Assembly: GCA_032718475.1 (NCBI GenBank)
Contig: JAUCBJ010007597.1
Coordinates: 62,001 to 126,000 of the forward strand
Origin: Nemertoderma westbladi
Lineage: Eukaryota; Animalia; Xenacoelomorpha
DNA length: 64,000 bases
Reading direction: 5' to 3'
This document shows, in pieces, positions 60,878-64,000 of the stretch. How positions within the stretch are numbered: the first letter of the stretch is position 1; every line of letters begins with the position of its first letter. The notes beneath the pieces were generated by a model, which saw nothing but the letters and a program-made list of their open reading frames with translations, was not told the origin of the DNA and searched no databases. The translations under genes and the position numbers were made by a program.

Positions 60878-63593
60878 GGGGGGGGGGGGGGGGGGGTAGC
60901 ATCGTTTTTGAAAAAAAAATGATTTTCGTTTTTTTTATTGATTATTGTCCAAAATTTTATGGGGAACCCGAATCTGCAATCCGTTTTACAAAATTTTGCT
61001 TAGTTATTGAGATAGCACTATTTATATTACTGGAGTTTGGAAGAAGATCCGCATTTTTTAAACAATTTTCGACTTTACAAAAATTCAACATACAGTATGG
61101 AGCTCCTGGGTTGTGCACCGTTAGGTCCAAGTACTGGTAGGTTCCGTATCTTTGTTTGCTAAATTTGGGTCATTGGCGGATTCACCGCCTGGCCCGATCG
61201 ATAGACATTGGCATTACAATACTAATGCCACTGGATCTAAATTTTGACCCGAAGATTCAGATATAGATCCAAAGTTAGCAAATAAAGAAATGGACCTAAC
61301 TCGACTTTGACCTAACGCTACATACTACCGTACCAGCTCTTATTCTTCATGGCGGGAAATTTGAACTACTGTAGTATTCATGGGGTTTGCTATATACAAA
61401 TTGTATTCAGTTGTTCTACCGGTACCTACAGTCCCGCTCTCAAAAAGCATTCCTTTGATCAAATATTAATCAAACTTTGATCAAAATGTGTCCATAGAGT
61501 AGCATTGAAAGTAGCATTGACATTGAAATGACCTTGAAATCGACGGAGCGAAATTTCAGACTTTCTGTCTCATATTGAAATGACATTGAAATGATTTCAA
61601 GGTAACAGTTTGCATCGCTCTTCTGCGGCATGCCATTGTACTTAGATTCCCGCCAAGAACTGGCTTTTCTTAATGGCAAGTCGCGATGTGATTGACAGGG
61701 CGGCGGATGCAGCTTGCTTGATTTTGCTTGGATGGACAGCGATTAGATTTACAAGGCAGTATTGTGGAAGTGTCGGACTCAGACTGAGTCTTGTAGGGCC
61801 TATTATTACACTAACAACTAGTTAAGAAAACAGCCCTTGGAATATTTTTAAATTATTATTTATTATAAATTTGTTTTAATGTTCAATCACAATCAAGGCC
61901 AAAGACATCCATTGGCGTAGCAGCGCGATAAATTCATAAAATATATTTTTAATTATAATTTAATTATACAAAACTGTGTGATCATATCAAATTCACGTAA
62001 TTTAGAAATATTAAGCTAGAAATGTAGGCCTACTTAATGAGTGGACACCCTTAAATTCCTTCTAAAAAATGTACGTAATTTAATTTTATAATACTCTGAT
62101 AAGGTATTTTTATTGAAACTTAATCTATTTTAAAGTAAACTATGTACATCATTAGTTACCAACACATCATGAGATTTTAAATCTGTTTAACATTATTGTA
62201 ATCATATTTTTTTAAATATTAAAAATCAAATTGGGATATTAATACTTATTAAATTCTGCGCATTCATTTTTAATTAATGGAGGGTTTTAACCATCCGGCC
62301 GACAAACCACACTTGCCCACAGGTCGTTGTAAAGACAAGACATTCAATATTACCACAGTTATCCCATCCCCTCTCTTGTTGTGGACTATTACTATATCAT
62401 TGTACAAGCTGTGGGCTGCACGCACCCCCCCCCCCCCCCCCACCCCCACACCACCCCATTATAATGTGTTGTAGGTAGACATCCACCCAACCCATTGCAG
62501 CATTGCGTAACTCAAAATAAACTCCACACAGCCTAAACCCGCCCGCCCTTGCTTTTATTACCGCCAAGTGGAGATTCAATAAATTGTTGCTGTTTATTTT
62601 CTGATAATCGCGGTGAATTATTATAACCTAGGCGGTCAGGTATAAATAACGGTTACAGCTTACAAACCTATGATATGGACGTGGTGTCCTGTGTGCTCAG
62701 CAGACATCCTACAGAGAACATGGAGCATTATACACACAAGGAGAGCGAGAAAGAGGGCTGCTTGATTGACACATGGCTCAGTGGGAATCTAGACTTTGAA
62801 GTGCAGCGCCTTTGGTAGAACTCAATGGCAGGATTTATAAGCCTGGTACATTTCAATACTTGATCAAATTTTGATCAAAGTTTGATCAATGTTTGATCAA
62901 AGGAATGATTTTTGAGAGCGGGACTGTAGTGTTGCCACATTTGAGAGCTGCAATGCCGAGATTGAAAGCTTTATCAAGGCTTACTAAGAGCCGACAGGTT
63001 GAACTACAGAAGGCGCAGTACCTGTCACGCCATCCCGTGGAGTCCGCAAATGTCGAATTAGTGGAAGAAGTAAACAAGACGATAATAACAGCGAGTACTG
63101 ACAAGTTAGGAGATAATACGAACAACTGTAATGAATTCTCGAACAGTACAACTGGATACCGTATAATGAGTATGCGGAATATCACAGACCTAGTAGGACG
63201 TGCTCATAATAGCGGCGGGTGCCCCGGAGAGTTGAAGGTCGAACAGTTGGCCCATCTTACACTCGGGATTGACTCTGTTGCTTATTTTCAGTGTTCACAT
63301 TGTGAGTTTAGCGATATTTTGCAGTGTGCTGAAGGAAAGTATGGAACAGATGATACTGTTTACAATAAACAGCACTCTGCTGATTTGAATAGCCGAATGG
63401 TCTATGGCCTTTGTGAGACTGGAAACGGCATAGAAACCTTATACACTATCTGTCAGTGCTTGGAAATGCCGTGCACATTAGCAAATTCAACATGGACATT
63501 CAACATCAATAAGATCAACGCAGTTGTGTCTAATCTGGCAGAGGAGAAGATGAGTGAAGCGCGAAAGGCGTTGAAGCTCAAAGTTGGTTCAGA
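60878..63593 (+). mobile_element. Kolobok element left part with first transposase exon (ATG 62953 to donor ~63593)
   Basis: TTAA then GG terminus at 60874-60879; GYRIMS...CPG...QCSHC...DLNSRMVYGLCETGNG...CQCLEMP; GTAAGT donor. Confidence 0.75.
61429..62926. mobile_element. Tc1/mariner-type non-autonomous element
   Basis: TA TSD (61427-28, 62927-28); TIR CAGTCCCGCTCTCAAAAAKCATTCCTTTGATCAAA; 11-bp TTTGATCAA subrepeats. Confidence 0.92.
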
Positions 63594-64000
63594 TGTAAGT
63601 ACTGTACTGTATGTAGGATAATAATATATTGTATACCGGTAGATCTATAATTCTCGGTTCAGCCGCCAATGTCTGTCTCTGTCCATTTGTCGGACATGGG
63701 GTACCATAGGGTGGTTAAAAATGTGTGTGTATGTGTGTTTGTCCATCTACACATCAGCGATCTATTTTCCCCCTGTCAGATTGGGCTAAAAATTCAACAG
63801 AATACATAATTGAGTACTCTGAGTGGTATAGGCTGTGTGGCAAGTCGTCGTTGTCTGTGTGTGTGTTTGTTTGTTTATCTTTGCATACACGCACACTGTC
63901 CTAGGCTCTACGCCTACGGGTATTAATCAGCTAGTATGAATATATAATGTATGTACCGGTAGTAATATCGTAAGTTATATATAAATAAATACAACATCAT

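Noticed and set aside
62893-62952. First 20 aa of ORF 62893-63621
   Set aside because: They start inside the MITE TIR; the likely start is ATG 62953.

Overview
Eukaryotic (animal-type introns; probably an invertebrate, inferred) nested transposon island with no recognisable host gene, rRNA, tRNA or CRISPR array. Contents: (1) three members of a BEL/Pao-Gag-like LTR family (4605-10865, 50252-52667, 60312-60775) with no tRNA primer-binding site. Each has a different 9-nt post-LTR sequence that is perfectly complementary to a co-varying 9-mer inside its own LTR, the geometry expected for self-primed reverse transcription. (2) Scattered pieces of a divergent Helitron-like system: HUH Rep and PIF1 helicase fragments, an open 577-aa ORF with apparent PC4-like repeats, and intronless and spliced paralogs of an unnamed Cys4/GWxxxGW protein. 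(3) Four RTE-type LINE copies; piggyBac, Kolobok, Sola-like and canonical BEL/Pao remnants; several MITEs. (4) A perfect 1.7-kb (GACT)n tract and a 6.1-kb 30-bp hairpin satellite with higher-order structure. Family calls come from motif recognition by eye; no database search was run.
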